From Camelus dromedarius (Eukaryota), in the NCBI RefSeq assembly GCF_036321535.1, contig NC_087438.1, forward strand, positions 14,262,001 through 14,326,000: a stretch of DNA of 64,000 bases. The letters are read 5' to 3'. Of the stretch, positions 13,620-27,085 are shown piece by piece. How positions within the stretch are numbered: the first letter of the stretch is position 1; every line of letters starts with the position of its first letter. A program made the translations under genes and the position numbers. The notes under the pieces are model-generated. The model saw only the letters and a program-made list of their open reading frames with translations. It did no database searches and was not told where the DNA came from.

Positions 13620-15574
13620 CACACTGAATGTGAGAAGAATCCAGAGCTTTATTTCAGGGAATGAAAATGAGTAACTAGAACATTCAGATCAGGCAGAAAC
13701 GAAGTTTCAGCACCTTAGAGACAAGACAATGAAGTGAGTCACCTGAGAATAAGGCATCGGTAATGAACTTGAGGAGGTGAGCAATGTCTTAGCATTTTCA
13801 TGGTATCCAGCACCAAGAAAATATCACTAAACAAAGAATAAGTATTGTACTGATTATATCTAGAAATAAAATAAAAATAGTAATGTCATTTGAAGCACAG
13901 GACAGTAAAATTAAGGAATGTTTGCTTAGAATTGACCTAGAGAGATGACTTCTAAATGAATGGAGTTTGCATATATTTTACTGATGACATGTAACGATGC
14001 AGAGCATCACAGAATGACACATCATCTCTGTAAATGCTTTAATTCTATGAGACTATTGGAGAACAACATAAAAGATCACTCATAGGCATCTGGGAAGAAA
14101 TACACATTTTTTTTTTCCCCAGTAAGAACAAGCCGTGCACACAGCAGTTGATAAATACTTGCCTAATAAAAATAGTGTGGGTAAGGGAATTTTATCCCCA
14201 GAAAATAACCAATTTAGGGATATCACAAGGCAATTGATTTTCAACACATTACAAAAAGGACAGTTTTGTTTTGCAAAGGAGTAATCACAAGGCATCTATT
14301 ATCCTATTTTTATTATTCATGTCTTCCTCTACTACTCACCAGTAATCTATGTTCCACTAAAAATCTTCTATTTTTATAACTTAAACACCACAAAGCACTC
14401 TGAATATTGACTCCTCCCTTGAGTTCATATTTAGTAAGGATCTGTTGTTTCTCTGTTGCTACATTATATATTTTTCATGTGCTAGTTTTAGTAAGATGAT
14501 TCCATGAAAATAATAATAAGGAAGCAGAGGATAAGTCTTGGGAGCTATTCGGCCAACATAAGCATTATAGAATACATAGATTCTATAAAATCTAGTAAAA
14601 ACTGATTGTTTCTACTCCAATATTTAGATGAGTGATATTAACATCTGCTCTTGAGGGGATTATATAAATATTTTAAAAAATCAAGGTATCAAATAAATAT
14701 ACAAGATTTGGCACTAAGAATATAGGGCAGCTACAAAAAGACATTCTTTGCTGCATAATTTAACCAGATCCACACCTTTAATGTAAAGGATCAATTAGCT
14801 AGCTGAACCCTTCCGAATATTCCCCTTAAATTGATGTTACAATTTAAAAGTAATTGTTCATTTTGGAAAGAATTTCAACAATTTAAGCAAAACCCCCCCC
14901 AAAAAAAGATTGAAATATAAAAATGAAGAATAAAAACCACAGGACTCAAAAGCTTTTTACCAGAGATAATTTAAACTTCATATATTTTATATAGATTATT
15001 AATGTAAAGGAACTCCACACAAAGCTACTTTGAAATTAGAAAGGAAAAAATATCATTCATACATAATTGCCTAGATTTTCCAATGGTCTGTATTTCTACA
15101 TTAGTATAAAATTGCCGTCTTCTAACATCTTTCATAGAGCTTGCCATGTAGAAACATTTGTGGTGGATACGTTACATCAGATAGGTGAAGGATCATTTTC
15201 AAACTCTGTGGAAATAACTCAATTTTATACCACAGAATCTATCTATAATAGTTGCTACAGATTTTTCCTCATTTTTTAAAACTTTAAAATTGTACTAAAC
15301 TTAATAGAGTAACTTTTGCCCAAATATTTCTGCTCCCTCTTGGAATTCCTTTCTGTATTGATGACATCATTCTGATCTGACATCTTCTTCTGCATCCTTT
15401 CCTACTTTCAATTAATTTTGGTTACATCTCTATTTCAGGGATGTCTCTCCAATCAAGTCCCACAGTCTAACATGTACAGCCCTCAGCGATGCCTGTGGGA
15501 AGGCACTTACCATGTCTCCACTGTGAGTGACAGGACCTGCTGGCCCCTTTCCCTACCACTCTCATTTAGTTGTT

Positions 15575-16025
15575 TATATTGTTCCTTAGACAGAGTTCTT
15601 AGATATAGAAAAAGAGATCTATTCTAACAGGTTAAAGAAGAAAGGGCATTATTAAGCTGTACATTCAACTCATAGAATCTTTAATGGGGCCAAAACAACA
15701 GACTGTGCTGAGCTTCCGTGAAGAATTCCCCACCACAGAACTGCACTATCAAATGAGCAACTTTGGCATGATCATGACAGTAATCACTCCAGAGTCATAC
15801 TGCCTGTGATCTAAGACAATAAAATCTGTCTCTGTCTCTCTCCCTAACCAATTTAACACTGCACAGCCTCTCATTAGTGCACTGATTCGAGAATGTCAAA
15901 TTCCACCTGGAATTCTTGTAATGGAGTCTGGGAAAAGCAGTTTTTAGTTTTCCAACCAAGACAGTTACAAGGAGGGGTGCTGGTGAGAGTGAGTGTTAAA
16001 CGAGTGAATTTATAACATCCATCAC
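15575..16025 (-). mobile_element. Old MaLR LTR (MLT1K-O class)
   Basis: 'ctattctaacaggttaaagaagaaagggcattattaag...ctcatagaatc' and 'ggagtctgggaaaagcagtttttagttttccaacc'. Confidence 0.6.
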
Positions 16026-16209
16026 ATTTGCAAACAAAATTCTATTTTTAAAACCTAATCTCATCATGAAACGACCATACTTCTGCTGAAATGTTTTCAT
16101 TAAACATTGTCTAAAGACTAAAATTCAAACTTATTAATATTTCTTTACATAGCCACTGATGTGCTCAAAAACTTTCTATAGAGTTCAATTCTGCTTAGTC
16201 TTCTTCTAG

Positions 16210-16850
16210 CCTCCTGTAAGGAATACAGCATGGCTCCGTGCCATCAAAGAGTTTAATCCGTAGGCAGGATGCTATGTAAAATAAGTACTAAGCAAAGTGA
16301 GCCGGGATGACACGACGGTGTTGAGTAAAACGTCCTGTGAGACCTGAAGGGAGTAATGTGCGCTTAAGGAAGTGAAGGTGAGAAAACTGTTTGAAGAGCA
16401 AGGGGCATTTCAGCAAGTTTTGGAACCACAAAAATGTATCGGCCTCGTTGCCAAGTGATCATGGCGTAGAGAAACAAAGACAAGCAGAATCCATAGACTT
16501 GTGTAAAGATATGAGAATCTGGAATATGTAAGAAAAAGAAAATGTTAGAGAAGGTAAGTTTTTAGGAATGACAGAAAATTTGGTTCTATATGTTGACAGG
16601 ATGGCAATCAGCAGATGAAGAATCTCATTGGCCCTACTAAAGGGTTTTAATGGTGTCCTACAAATGGTTGAGAACCTCTGAAGGAGTTTGAACAAAGAGG
16701 TGAAGACAAGGTGAAGTTTTTTCTGATGGTATGATGGGGTATAGAATGAAAAAATGGCAGGGCTAAAGCCATGTAGAACACTCACAAGCAATTATTCTAG
16801 GATCAGATTCAAATTCAGACAGTGGCCTTGGGTATTGGAAGGAGCCAGTG
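16210..16850 (-). mobile_element. LINE-2 fragment
   Basis: Purine-rich L2 antisense motifs, e.g. 'aatggttgagaacctctgaaggagtttgaacaaagaggtga'. Confidence 0.6.
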
Positions 16851-16939
16851 CTTTGTAACCAAACGAGGATGTATGAACATCATAACTCAACGTGGCTGGT
16901 CTTCAGTACTGTGACTTATTTACTAATACTGTCCCCTAT

Positions 16940-17270
16940 CCTACTCCAGTGATTCTGAACTAATCACCTTTCTTGGGCCACGCCTTTTGTTTCATGCCTT
17001 TGTACATTCTTTTCCCTCTGCCTGAGATAGCCTGCCACTCATCTCTGCTCAGTTTTCTATCTAACAAAATCCAGCTCAAAAGGGCTTTGCTGTTGTAAAT
17101 CTCCTTTCACGCTCCAAGGCAGTGACAAACATTCCTTCTTCACTGCATGAAGAATTCTGCCTTCTTTCCTAAATAAAAGTACAGGTTTGATTATACTTTA
17201 AGTTGTTTGTGGTCTACATTCCCACTTGGATGTGTCTAAGGGACACAGACTATGTTTTCACTTGTTGAAG
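16940..17270 (+). mobile_element. LINE-2 3' end
   Basis: 'catgcctttgtacattcttttccctctgcctgagatagcc...ccagctcaaa...cccacttggatgtg...gggacacagactatg'. Confidence 0.7.
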
Positions 17271-18189
17271 GTAACAGAATTGAGAAATGTAGAAAATTCA
17301 TATAAATTAAGGTAAAGTGTACAAATTTTTCTAGGATATATAGGAAAGCCCAAGAAAAACACCAAGATAATTAACATGTGAAAAGATTTCCAACTTCTCC
17401 ATTCTCTTTTTATACTTAAATTGTCATGTTTCCATTTAGGGAATATTGATATAAACATACAATATATTTTCAAACTAGTGGGTGTGACAATGACCACAGT
17501 TTAATCATTTGGTTAATTAGCAAAGGCAAATCAGCATTTTATTTTGGTCTTTGGCCAAACCTGAGGGGTTTGTACTTTTTAAATATGATTTTCTTTTCCT
17601 ATCAACAGAATAATGTCTGGTGAAGGCCCAGGTCATTTTTAACCACTGTAATTTCCTCTTAATCAGTTTTCTTGTCCTACACTTCATTTTCCTTTAATCA
17701 GTTCATACCTTACCCATTGTTAGTACCAATTCAAAATTATAATGTTTAAGCCTATTTTCTAAGGTAGCCAGGCAGCAAGTTATTTTATACCACAACTTTC
17801 CTTAGGCACTCCTATGACTATCCGTTTATCACTTGGTCCCTTTTCCAAAGCAATAACTTCTGCTAGGAAATATGTTCTATTAGATATCCACCAAATATCA
17901 AGTGCAATACAAATCTTATTTTTGAATCATTTTCTTCATAAAAGGTAGCAAAAAAGAATACAGTATTCTAAAATATTGCTGGCTTTTCTATTCTATACTT
18001 TTACACAAATTAAGTGGATTTGTGCACCATTCCTTCTTAAGTAATTTAATATTTTTTGATTCATGTTGGTAATCTGACCTTGGTTTGTATTTAGAAAAAT
18101 ATTATAAGAGCTTATTGCCTTTCTGTAACAGGAGGACAGGCTGAAGAAGCTTGTTGTATGGGAATATGTGAGGGGTGGATTTGTGACCC

Positions 18190-18350
18190 AGAAGCTCTGA
18201 TCTTTGGTGAAATCATGACTTCACAAATTAGTTGCTCTGTGACAATTGATGAATTACTCACAGTCTCTAAGCTTTAGATTTCTCAAATGTGAAAAAAAAA
18301 AAAGACAATATCTTTCTCATGGAATTCCTGCAAGGTTTAGGAATAATATA
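18190..18350 (+). mobile_element. MIR SINE
   Basis: 'ctgtgacaattgatgaattactcacagtctctaagctttagatttctcaaatgtgaaa'. Confidence 0.75.
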
Positions 18351-18939
18351 AGTAGCAAGACTAGAAACTAGTCAGAAAATATTTATATCACATAAAACTA
18401 TCCAATAATATACATTGGTTACATCTGCACGTATATATGCAGAGTAATTCTAGTTTTCCATCAGGTAGAAAAACATAAATGTCTTTGTTTTCTAGCTTGG
18501 AACTCTCCTTATAACAGCCATATTAAGGTAAAAATCAAGCAGTAAACCCCAGGTCAACACTGGGAATGTGTAAATTCTGTATATTGAAAATAAAAAGAAA
18601 GTTCTGGCTAAAAATAACTTTACACAATAGAATTTGGACTTTAATTTAAGAATCAACAAAATTATGTTTTCTCATAAAAATTATCTCAAGTTGCTTTTAT
18701 AAATGAATAAATCTGTTCATTTTTTATATATGCTTAAATCATGTGTTTAAATATGAAAATAACTCCCTAACATTCACGGAGGTTAACATGTAACACAGCA
18801 TGAGGAGTACGTTTGACTACAAAGTACAATGTTATACATACATATGTAATCTGCCATTTTTATCCATTTTGACAAATAGTTCAATGCTTAAAATACATGT
18901 TGATGAAAAAGAAAGTTTAGTGTAAACGTGGGGTCTGGG

Positions 18940-19160
18940 ATTTAGCATTTACTGAGAAATTTTAAACAGCCCATCCAGTGTTGGATGACTTAACCTATAT
19001 TACAATTAATCAGACCTTCAAGCATTACTGAAGGAGGTACCATTTCCTCCATTTTATACAGGAGGGATGGAAGCTCTGTGAGGTGAAGAAAGTTATTTCC
19101 GGCAAAGTGGTGTGGTAAGTGGTGAAGTTGAGACTTGACCTTGGCTGCTAGACTCAATTA
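18940..19160 (-). mobile_element. MIR SINE
   Basis: 'tccattttatacaggagggatggaagctctgtgaggtgaag...gtaagtggtgaagttgagacttgacc'. Confidence 0.7.
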
Positions 19161-20780
19161 TACAACTCAATTTCCCTCTCATGTGGGAATTTGGCTCAAC
19201 TTTTATGACTTGAAATATTGCCTCTAATTTTCATGTTGTGGTCTTGAAAGTCAGTGGACCAGTCGGGCTTACGACAGGGTTGCTATGCATGAAGAATGTT
19301 AAACTTGCTTTCTTCTTTTGGGGAAGGTTGGATTAATATTGGCAGTCTTACCATAAAATGTACACTAACTTTTGTCAAATATTTGTGTAATTCATGGACA
19401 TATGTTTCAAATGTTACAGTTATTAACACTGCTTAGTTTAGCTAGAAGAATTTTGAGATGCTATAATAAACAGTTTTGTTTCTTTAATGCCTTAATTTTA
19501 TGTATACAGGTAGGACATATATGTGTATATATGTATATACACATCTGTAAACTGTTTAATAATCATGGTGAAAACTTTCTGAATTGTCATAAAACTATAA
19601 TACCAATACAACACTAGTAAATTAAGAGAGTAATATATATTTGTCTTTTATTTTTGGACAGTAGTTCCTTCAACTCTATTAAAAAACTAGTTATTTAGCT
19701 CCCCCCCCCCAAAATTATATAAACTATAGAAGATTAAAATTAAGAAAGGTAGCACAGAAATTCCATGCACCTTTTCTACTATTTTCTAATTTATTTGAGA
19801 TAATAGAATATGCACTTTTAATTCAGGGGTAGTTTTACTGTTGGCTGAGCAAAGTGTATACCTACAACTTTCTGAGTAATTTGAAATGATCCTACATATT
19901 TACATTTAGAGAATTTGAACAGTCACGCAAACGTTCAGTCAAGAGCAAACTATAGTTTCCCTGTCGCTGGGAGTGAGTTCTGACTCCTTACAGCTGCTAA
20001 ACAAGGGATCCTTTTGGCCTTTTGATAATGGAATACGTATATCTGTTTAAACTTAGGTGAAGAAGCTCCTATTTTCCTGTGATATTCTTTCCAAAAAAAA
20101 TCATCTTTTGGACGCGCAGATAGTCATTTGTTTTATTCACATACTGCACTAATTTATGTGGTTTCTAGATTACATACTGAAATTCCAAACCTCTCATCAA
20201 TAATTTCTAAACACCACACCTATCACTAATAGAGTAAGTTGTCTAAGGGGGAAGCTGTGGTTGTATCAGTGCGTATTAGTACCCTTTATGGGCGATGATT
20301 GTTGCAGAGCCCAAAGAGAATGTTGTGGGGGCAGGTAAATGCCTACAGGAGAGCCTACCCTTAAAGCAGCAGGGTCAGGAAATGCTATAAAACTATGCCT
20401 TACTATGAACTGGATGACTATGCATTTTTATAACTCCACAGATCTCCTTCCTTTGTAACCATCTCTTTGGACCATGTAAAATGCTTGGCCATCCTGCCAG
20501 AAAAGTCCCTGTATCTACAGGTCTTGTTTTTCATTTAAGTTATATTTCCAACTTCAAAGATTACAGCAACATTATTGAAGTTCTGCTTTGATGCTTACTT
20601 AAAACAAGACTGTGGTTTTGAGATTATCAGTGCTAATTATTTATTGGAAAATGATGAATGGCTAATTTTCAAAATTAGTTTTTTTATGAAACAGAATATG
20701 ATTTTTAAAGTTGATTATCTAAAAAGTTCAAGAAGAATGTTTTCTAATTGTATTATTTCCAAAACATGAAAGAACATAAC

Positions 20781-21375
20781 TGTATTACTTTCTATTGCTA
20801 GGTGACAAGTTACCACACACTTACGGCCAGAAAACACCATGGTTCTGCAGGTGAGAAGCAAATTCATGGTGTGACCGAGTTCTCTGCTCAAAGCATCACA
20901 AAGCTGACATGAAGGTGTCTGATTGTCTAAGTTCACATCTGGATACTCTGGGGAAAAAAATCTGCTCCCAAGTTCACTCTGGTTGTTATCAGAATTTAGT
21001 TCTGTGTAATTATGGAATCGAGGTCTCTTTTCCCTTGATGGTGGTCAGCAGAGGGCCGCTCTCTGCTTCTAGAAGCTGCCTACATTTTTTGCTATGTGGC
21101 CTTCTCCATCTTCAAGACAGTAATGGCACTTTGATATCCTTCTTTTGCTTCAAATCCTTGACTTTCTCTTCTGTTCCCAGCTGGAGAAATCTCTTTACTT
21201 TTAAAGGGCTTATGTAATTGGGCCAAGTTCACCTGGATTACCTCCCTATCATAAGGTCACCTATGCCTCATAATATAACCAGATCACAGGAGTGAAATTC
21301 ATCATCTTCACAGTCCTAGGTATTACACACCACCAAGTGCAACAAAGGGACGGAAATCTTAAAATCACACTTCTG
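20781..21375 (-). mobile_element. MLT1E-like MaLR solo LTR
   Basis: Begins 'tgtattactttctattgct...aagttaccac'; internal 'aatctgctcccaagttcactc', 'ttttaaagggcttatgtaattgggcc' and 'atcacaggagtgaaattcatcat'. Confidence 0.85.
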
Positions 21376-21859
21376 AGAATGAGTCATAGAGCTTCTCAAA
21401 TTCTACAGATTGTCAAAAATGATTCTTTATAATAATGTCATTTAAAAGATAAATCACTAGTGTGAGTCATTTATAAAATGTATCAGTTTTGAAACTCTTT
21501 GAAAATTCCAAATGGAGATAAAGAATATATATTCTACTTCTATCTTTATGTGAGTTTTTAATCACTGGACAAAAGAAGCATAATTTAAAAAATAAAATAA
21601 AAACCAAAATGAAAAAAGTGCACATTTGTTTTGTTTTTTAACTTAATATTAGAATGAAGCTAAAACAAACAAAAAACTGATATTTTCTATTGTTTTCACT
21701 GTGGTAGATTTTTTTTGAAGAGTTTGTGTGGCTCTATAAATACATAAGCATATACTTTTATTAAAAACATTTTTTTCTTCTTTTTATTTAAGAACTCCAT
21801 TTATTCCCCGACTTTATAAGCCCTTACCCTAATAGATGAATCCTTGGGTCAAAATTCTT

Positions 21860-22100
21860 TCCAGCCCAACAGGGAGGTCCAGGCAAAGATTGGCCATTAA
21901 AGAATCCTGTGTTGGGTAGAAATATCTAGGGCTGTTTATCATGACTTCACACCATCATTGGCTGAGGGCTGCCCGAGAAGAGTAAGACTGCAGCTCAAAA
22001 GATGAGGCAGACCCTTTAGTTTGTAATAGCTGCAGTCTGTCAGCTAATCCCACTCTTTGAAAGGAATTCTGAGGGGACATCTCAAGAAGTGCCATGCTTG
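21860..22100 (-). mobile_element. ERVL-class LTR fragment (LTR16/LTR33-like)
   Basis: 'catcattggctgagggctgccc...gatgaggcagaccct...ctgtcagcta'. Confidence 0.5.
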
Positions 22101-24049
22101 TAGAACAAAGAGTCTAACTTCCACATACAGTGTTTATCCTAAGAGTATCTTCATGAGAAGATGTGGACAGGAATGTTACAAGGTCTGTCAAAACAGTGAC
22201 ATGATCATAAGATATACACATCTGATTGCTATATTTTATTTTATTTTTTTTGGATCACCAACCAAGATCAAGTATTTCCATAATAAATACAAGGTAGGCT
22301 GGAATGATTGGCCATGTTATATTAAAAGGAAAACAAAAGTTAAGTTACATTGTATAAATATGTTCTTAATGAATATCAGTTAAGGCTACAAGGCATACTG
22401 ACATGCTATGGGCCAATAGAAGAGATGGAAATAATTATTCACATCCCAATGAAAGTTGCATAATATTAGGAATTAAGAGATGGACTCTATAAATTGTTCT
22501 GGAGGATCTGAACCAATATAGCTTTTATTGACCAACTACACCTCCATAGACACATGGAAAGTAGAGTGTTAAGGAGGACATGCAAACATTGTGAAATGTT
22601 GTGGCTGACCTAATATAATCATGTTTGCTCTGTCAGGAGGAATTTTGCTAGCAATGGGAAGAACCATTGGAATAGAAGTTTTCACAATTGACACTGGACT
22701 CGTCTGTCTCCTTAATACAGAGTGCCTATGTACATTTCCTTTACTGTGAAAATTCAACAGTCCTGAAGTGACCTCAACTATTTCATTATTGCTACCCATG
22801 TGTGAACTGCCCAAGTTTGTTCAGAGGAGAATTATATATGAAATAGCCCTGGAATTCTCTAAGCTGTTCTGATTTTTATTCATTCTGGTTTATGTTGGAC
22901 TTAATTTTATCGCTAAAAGAAAGTTTGCTAAAGCTGAATTTCTATGATATTAAGGACCAAACAGACCCAGGAGTACTTAACCTATAACAGGAAGAAAAGA
23001 AGGATTTGGAAAATTAATGGTTTAAAATGCTTGTGCATTAACAAGGTTTAGCAGGGGCTGTATCATCACAGACTTCTAGGTATAGTATCAGATATACAGA
23101 TTGGCAAATCTAAAGTGGCAAGTAACAAAGAGGTAAGAATTCCCCAGTGACCTTGTGCAATTTCTGAGAGCACTAGGGAGTTGGCTAACTACCTCACTTA
23201 ACGTCTCATAAAGTGAGACCTCAGTTTCACCCCTGCTGATCCCTCTGCTCTTGTTTCTATCTGCTGTAATTGGAAAGTCAAGTAGTGACACTGTGGAGGG
23301 AATCCAAGACACTCATGCATAAACTACTCTTGTGTTTTTCAAAAACAAAACAAAACAAAACAATGACAAAAACCGAGAACAGCAAGTTTTGAGAATCTTT
23401 AACCTCTACTTGATATTGATAGAGAAATAAGATTAGGATAATTATTTAAGGCAGAAAATATTTCAGATTCCACAATTCCCAAGTATCTTTGCATAGAAGC
23501 AATTGACACTTAAAGATGAGTTGTGGAGGTATATTTTTAGAGAATATAGAAAAGATGGAATGAATTCACTTTCCACCGAAAAATGGGACAGGCAGGGCTC
23601 ATCTATTGCAAAGCAAATAGTGTTCAACACCTGTGATAAGGAAAGATGACATGTGGGAGTGTGGGTGGCGGATACTGAGAGCCGGAAAGAAAGACAGGGC
23701 CAGGCCAGCCTATCAATCCACACAATGGAAGCCATTTTCCTAAGGGCTAAACTGGGAATATGAGCCCTTTCCCTCCTTTTTTTTTTTAAAAAAAAAGAGA
23801 ATTCTCACTTCTGGATCCTTGAGGAAAGGAAGTGTGAAAGCAGTACCTAATAAATCAAAAGGGGTCTAAATACACACATACAAACAAAGTTCAGGGGGAA
23901 GAAGAATCTAATAAATGACCCAGAAAATAGGTTCTACTAACTTTTCAGCAGGAATGGACTAGACAGACTTTACACAAAAGGTAGGGATAAAACTAGCCTT
24001 AAGGAGAGGATGGGGAATTCTAACGAGCTGAGATCAAAGGAATAGTTAG

Positions 24050-24101
24050 TGTGGTACGCAGAATAATGATCTCCCCAAAATATCCACGTCCTAATCTCCC
24101 A
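24050..24101 (+). mobile_element. 5' tip of an MLT1D-like LTR
   Basis: 'tgtggtacgcagaataatgatctccccaaaatatccacgtcctaatctcc' closely matches the MLT1D start. Confidence 0.75.
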
Positions 24102-24109
24102 GTTAATAA

Positions 24110-24650
24110 ATCTTGTGTTTATGCTGAGTGTTTTATTTGTGCACATGTGTAATTTCTTACCTCCACACCAGCCCAGGCAGGTGGAAATACTACATAAGGA
24201 ATCAAGGTTTGGAAAGTTGATTATCTACAAGGTTCCAATGTTTGAACCAAGGCGTGGATGACTCCAGTCTTACACTTTGCTGCCTTACTGCCTTTTATTG
24301 AATGTGCTGGGCCCTAGATTAGGCATTTGAGTGACCTGGATTGTTCAGAGCTATACAGTTTGCAGCAACAGGGGATTCACCTGCTGTCAGAGGCTAAGCA
24401 TGCCCTTTGAGAGCATCATGCTCTTAAATCTGACAATTGACTTTGATATACAAGAATTGGATCATGTTCCTTCTCTGAGAAGTGGTTTCTCTCATTTCAC
24501 CAGAATCTTAAGAGATTCCTATGTCGCAAAAGATTTTGTAAAAATGATACAACACCTTTACCTCATAAGAGAAGTAAATTAACTTCCCCAGGGGTCATAA
24601 AACACATTAGTGGTAAATCTGTAAAAGAGCCAGGGTTTCCTAAATCATCC
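24110..24650. mobile_element. Cluster of decayed MIR fragments in both orientations
   Basis: MIR-like motifs at ~24120-24280 (-), ~24405-24555 (+) and ~24565-24645 (-). Confidence 0.5.
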
Positions 24651-26090
24651 TTTGATTGTCTCTTAATTTTGTACTCTCACTATGCTGAGATACTAAATAA
24701 TGTTAGATCTCTAGAAAGGACACCAAGGTTGAGAGGCTGGAAGGAAAAGGCAACACAAATAACATTTTCCCATGATATTTTCCTTGCACAAGACCTTGGA
24801 GAACAAACCTGTCACTTCTCCTCAGCTCCAAAGCAGCCTTCATTTTACATGCAATACATGTTCAGCAACAGGTTCAGAAAGAGGAAGCGATTAATGATAC
24901 TTCCCTTAGTGACAAGACTCTGCATCTGTCTCTTTTTTTTTTAAAGTGTTTCCTGTTCTACAAAGTGATGAAGTTAAACCAGGTAACCTCTAAAACTTTG
25001 TCATCTAAAATGTCTTTGTACCTTGGACCACAGCTCTCAGAGAACAATGAAACATCTGACGGCCAGTGTGTTTCTGATCAAACAGACTGGGACATAACTG
25101 CTGTGTCTAGCTGTACTAAAATGTCCAGACTGCAGCAAAACAGACTTAGGAGAATCAAGTGAGATGGAATGAATGGCTCACCAGGAAGAAAGCAGACTGT
25201 CTGAAAGCCATAGTCTCAACGTTTCACTCTTCAGAATGAAATGACTTCAACACCTCAATTCTAGACTTGTTTATACCTAGTGGGCTGTTGTGTCTTTTTT
25301 TACCATCCAATTTGAGAAGTTAAATGCCTTATTTTTAGAATGGTGGAACTAAATATCAAAAGTCAGAATAAAACCTTTTCTTTGCAATATGACTGTATCC
25401 ACTAGAAATCAAAAGATGTATATTTTGCCACGTATATGAGTATTTTAGTTCACATAAAGACTAATCCATTCCATCAATGCTAATAATGCTTATACAATTA
25501 AAATGTAATCATGTAGGTTGTCCTCGGGTTGTAGACTTGACTTTCCACGAATGAACGTCTATTATTGGTGATGCAGTTCTAAGCTTTTTGTGGTGATTAG
25601 CTCTCATTCTCATGAAAATATAAACATAAATGCAGCATAAAATTTTATGTATATTTATTGAAAAATACTCTGATCCTAGAGTGACACAACATAAAAGAAG
25701 AAGAACCTCATACAAGAAGAACACAATTCTCAGAAATTACATAAAATTGAAAAGAAGGACTTACAATGAAACAGATGGCTACAGAAGCAGCTGCGTGGTA
25801 GCATTTCTGAAGTGTGCTAGAAACATATGTGGATGGGAATATGGAGTGTGTAGGGGGGAAGAATTGTGACTGTATGTGAAAATAAGAAACTGATGGAGTT
25901 TCAGATTTTCTACCATGAGATGAAAGCATGAGGGCCAAGGACTCATTTACCTTCAAGTGCTTTCCAAGTTATAGAATGAATGGGGGATATTACTCCTATA
26001 TCAACAACTTGTAAAATGCACTGGATTCTCTTTCCTGTCCTTGTCTATTTAAAAGCATTGGATCTTCCAGATTGTTCTGGAGTCATGGTT

Positions 26091-26459
26091 CGTGATGGTT
26101 AATTTGTGTGTTTCAATTTGACTGGGCCAGGATGCCCTGAAATTGACTTGAATATTATTTCCGGATGTATCTGCGTGGACGTTCTGCCTGATTGTCCTTG
26201 AGCTGGGATATGGGTCTTCTCCTGCCTTCAGACTTGGACTGCAACCAGCCCGTCAGCTCTCCTGGGTCTGGACTTCTCTGTCTCCATAAGCATATGAGCC
26301 AATGTCTTATAATGAACCTCTTTGCATGTAAGTAGTACACAATATGCATATGCACATATGCACATATGCACACACACACAGACACACATCCACAGACACG
26401 TGTGTGTATACATACACATCCAGTTGGCTCTTTTTCTCTAGAGAACCCTGACTGATATG
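26091..26459 (+). mobile_element. MLT2 (MLT2B/D-like, ERVL) solo LTR with internal deletion and CA/TA microsatellite
   Basis: Start 'gtgatggttaatttgtgtgtttcaatttgactgggcca'; end 'tttctctagagaaccctgactgatat'; near-matching 5-bp flanks tggtt/gggtt. Confidence 0.9.
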
Positions 26460-26734
26460 GGGTTCAACAAGTATCCATGAATTTTTTTAAGCAAGTGAGA
26501 CAGAAATATTAAAACCTACTGATGGTGGTAGGTCCAGGCACCAAGCTCAGATCTGTCTAACGCCCAAATTCAGCCTAATAACTATTTATTGTCTTTGCTC
26601 TTGCTCCTGTTTTACTTTACAACAGGACAAAATTCTGTGGTTGGTTGAGTATTTTTTTCTCTCTCTTTGTCATGGTTGCAGTTATTTTGTGTTGAGGTTT
26701 GAGAGATGAAGAGAATTTAGTCACATGACCCTCA

Positions 26735-26880
26735 AGACAGTGTATTAGAAAGTCCCTAAGGCATTTGACAAAGTCATTCATAAAATCATTACGAATATCA
26801 TAGGAAAATGTAGGCTAAAAAAGTGCGGTAAGCTCAGTGCACAACTGTTGACAAAGGCTGTGCCCAGAAGTTGCCGGCCT
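26735..26880 (+). mobile_element. CR1/L3 LINE reverse-transcriptase remnant
   Basis: 26758-26820 translates to KAFDKVIHKIITNIIGKCRLK, resembling the CR1/L3 RT motif 'KAFDKVSHDILVDKMEKCGLD'. Confidence 0.75.
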
Positions 26881-26909
26881 GCAGCTTTCTACCTGGTGAA
26901 ATACGAGTG

Positions 26910-27085
26910 TGCTTAGAGTCAAGCAGCCCGGGGGCTGGGAAGAGCGGCAACCTTTCTGTATATCGGCCTCTTTGTTTGCACAATGGAAAATTGGAACTAC
27001 CTTCGTCTATTGGTTGTTAAGGACTAAATAAAATAATGTAGAGAAACTATTCACCATGACAGATAACATACCCTCAATAAATTTT
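26910..27085 (+). mobile_element. MIR SINE
   Basis: 'ttagagtcaagcagcccggg...ggttgttaaggactaaataaaataatgtagagaaac...ctcaataaat'. Confidence 0.7.

Noticed and set aside
13706..13726. REST/RE1 site (TTCAGCACC left half)
   Set aside because: The right half (GGACAG at canonical spacing) is not present; half-site only.
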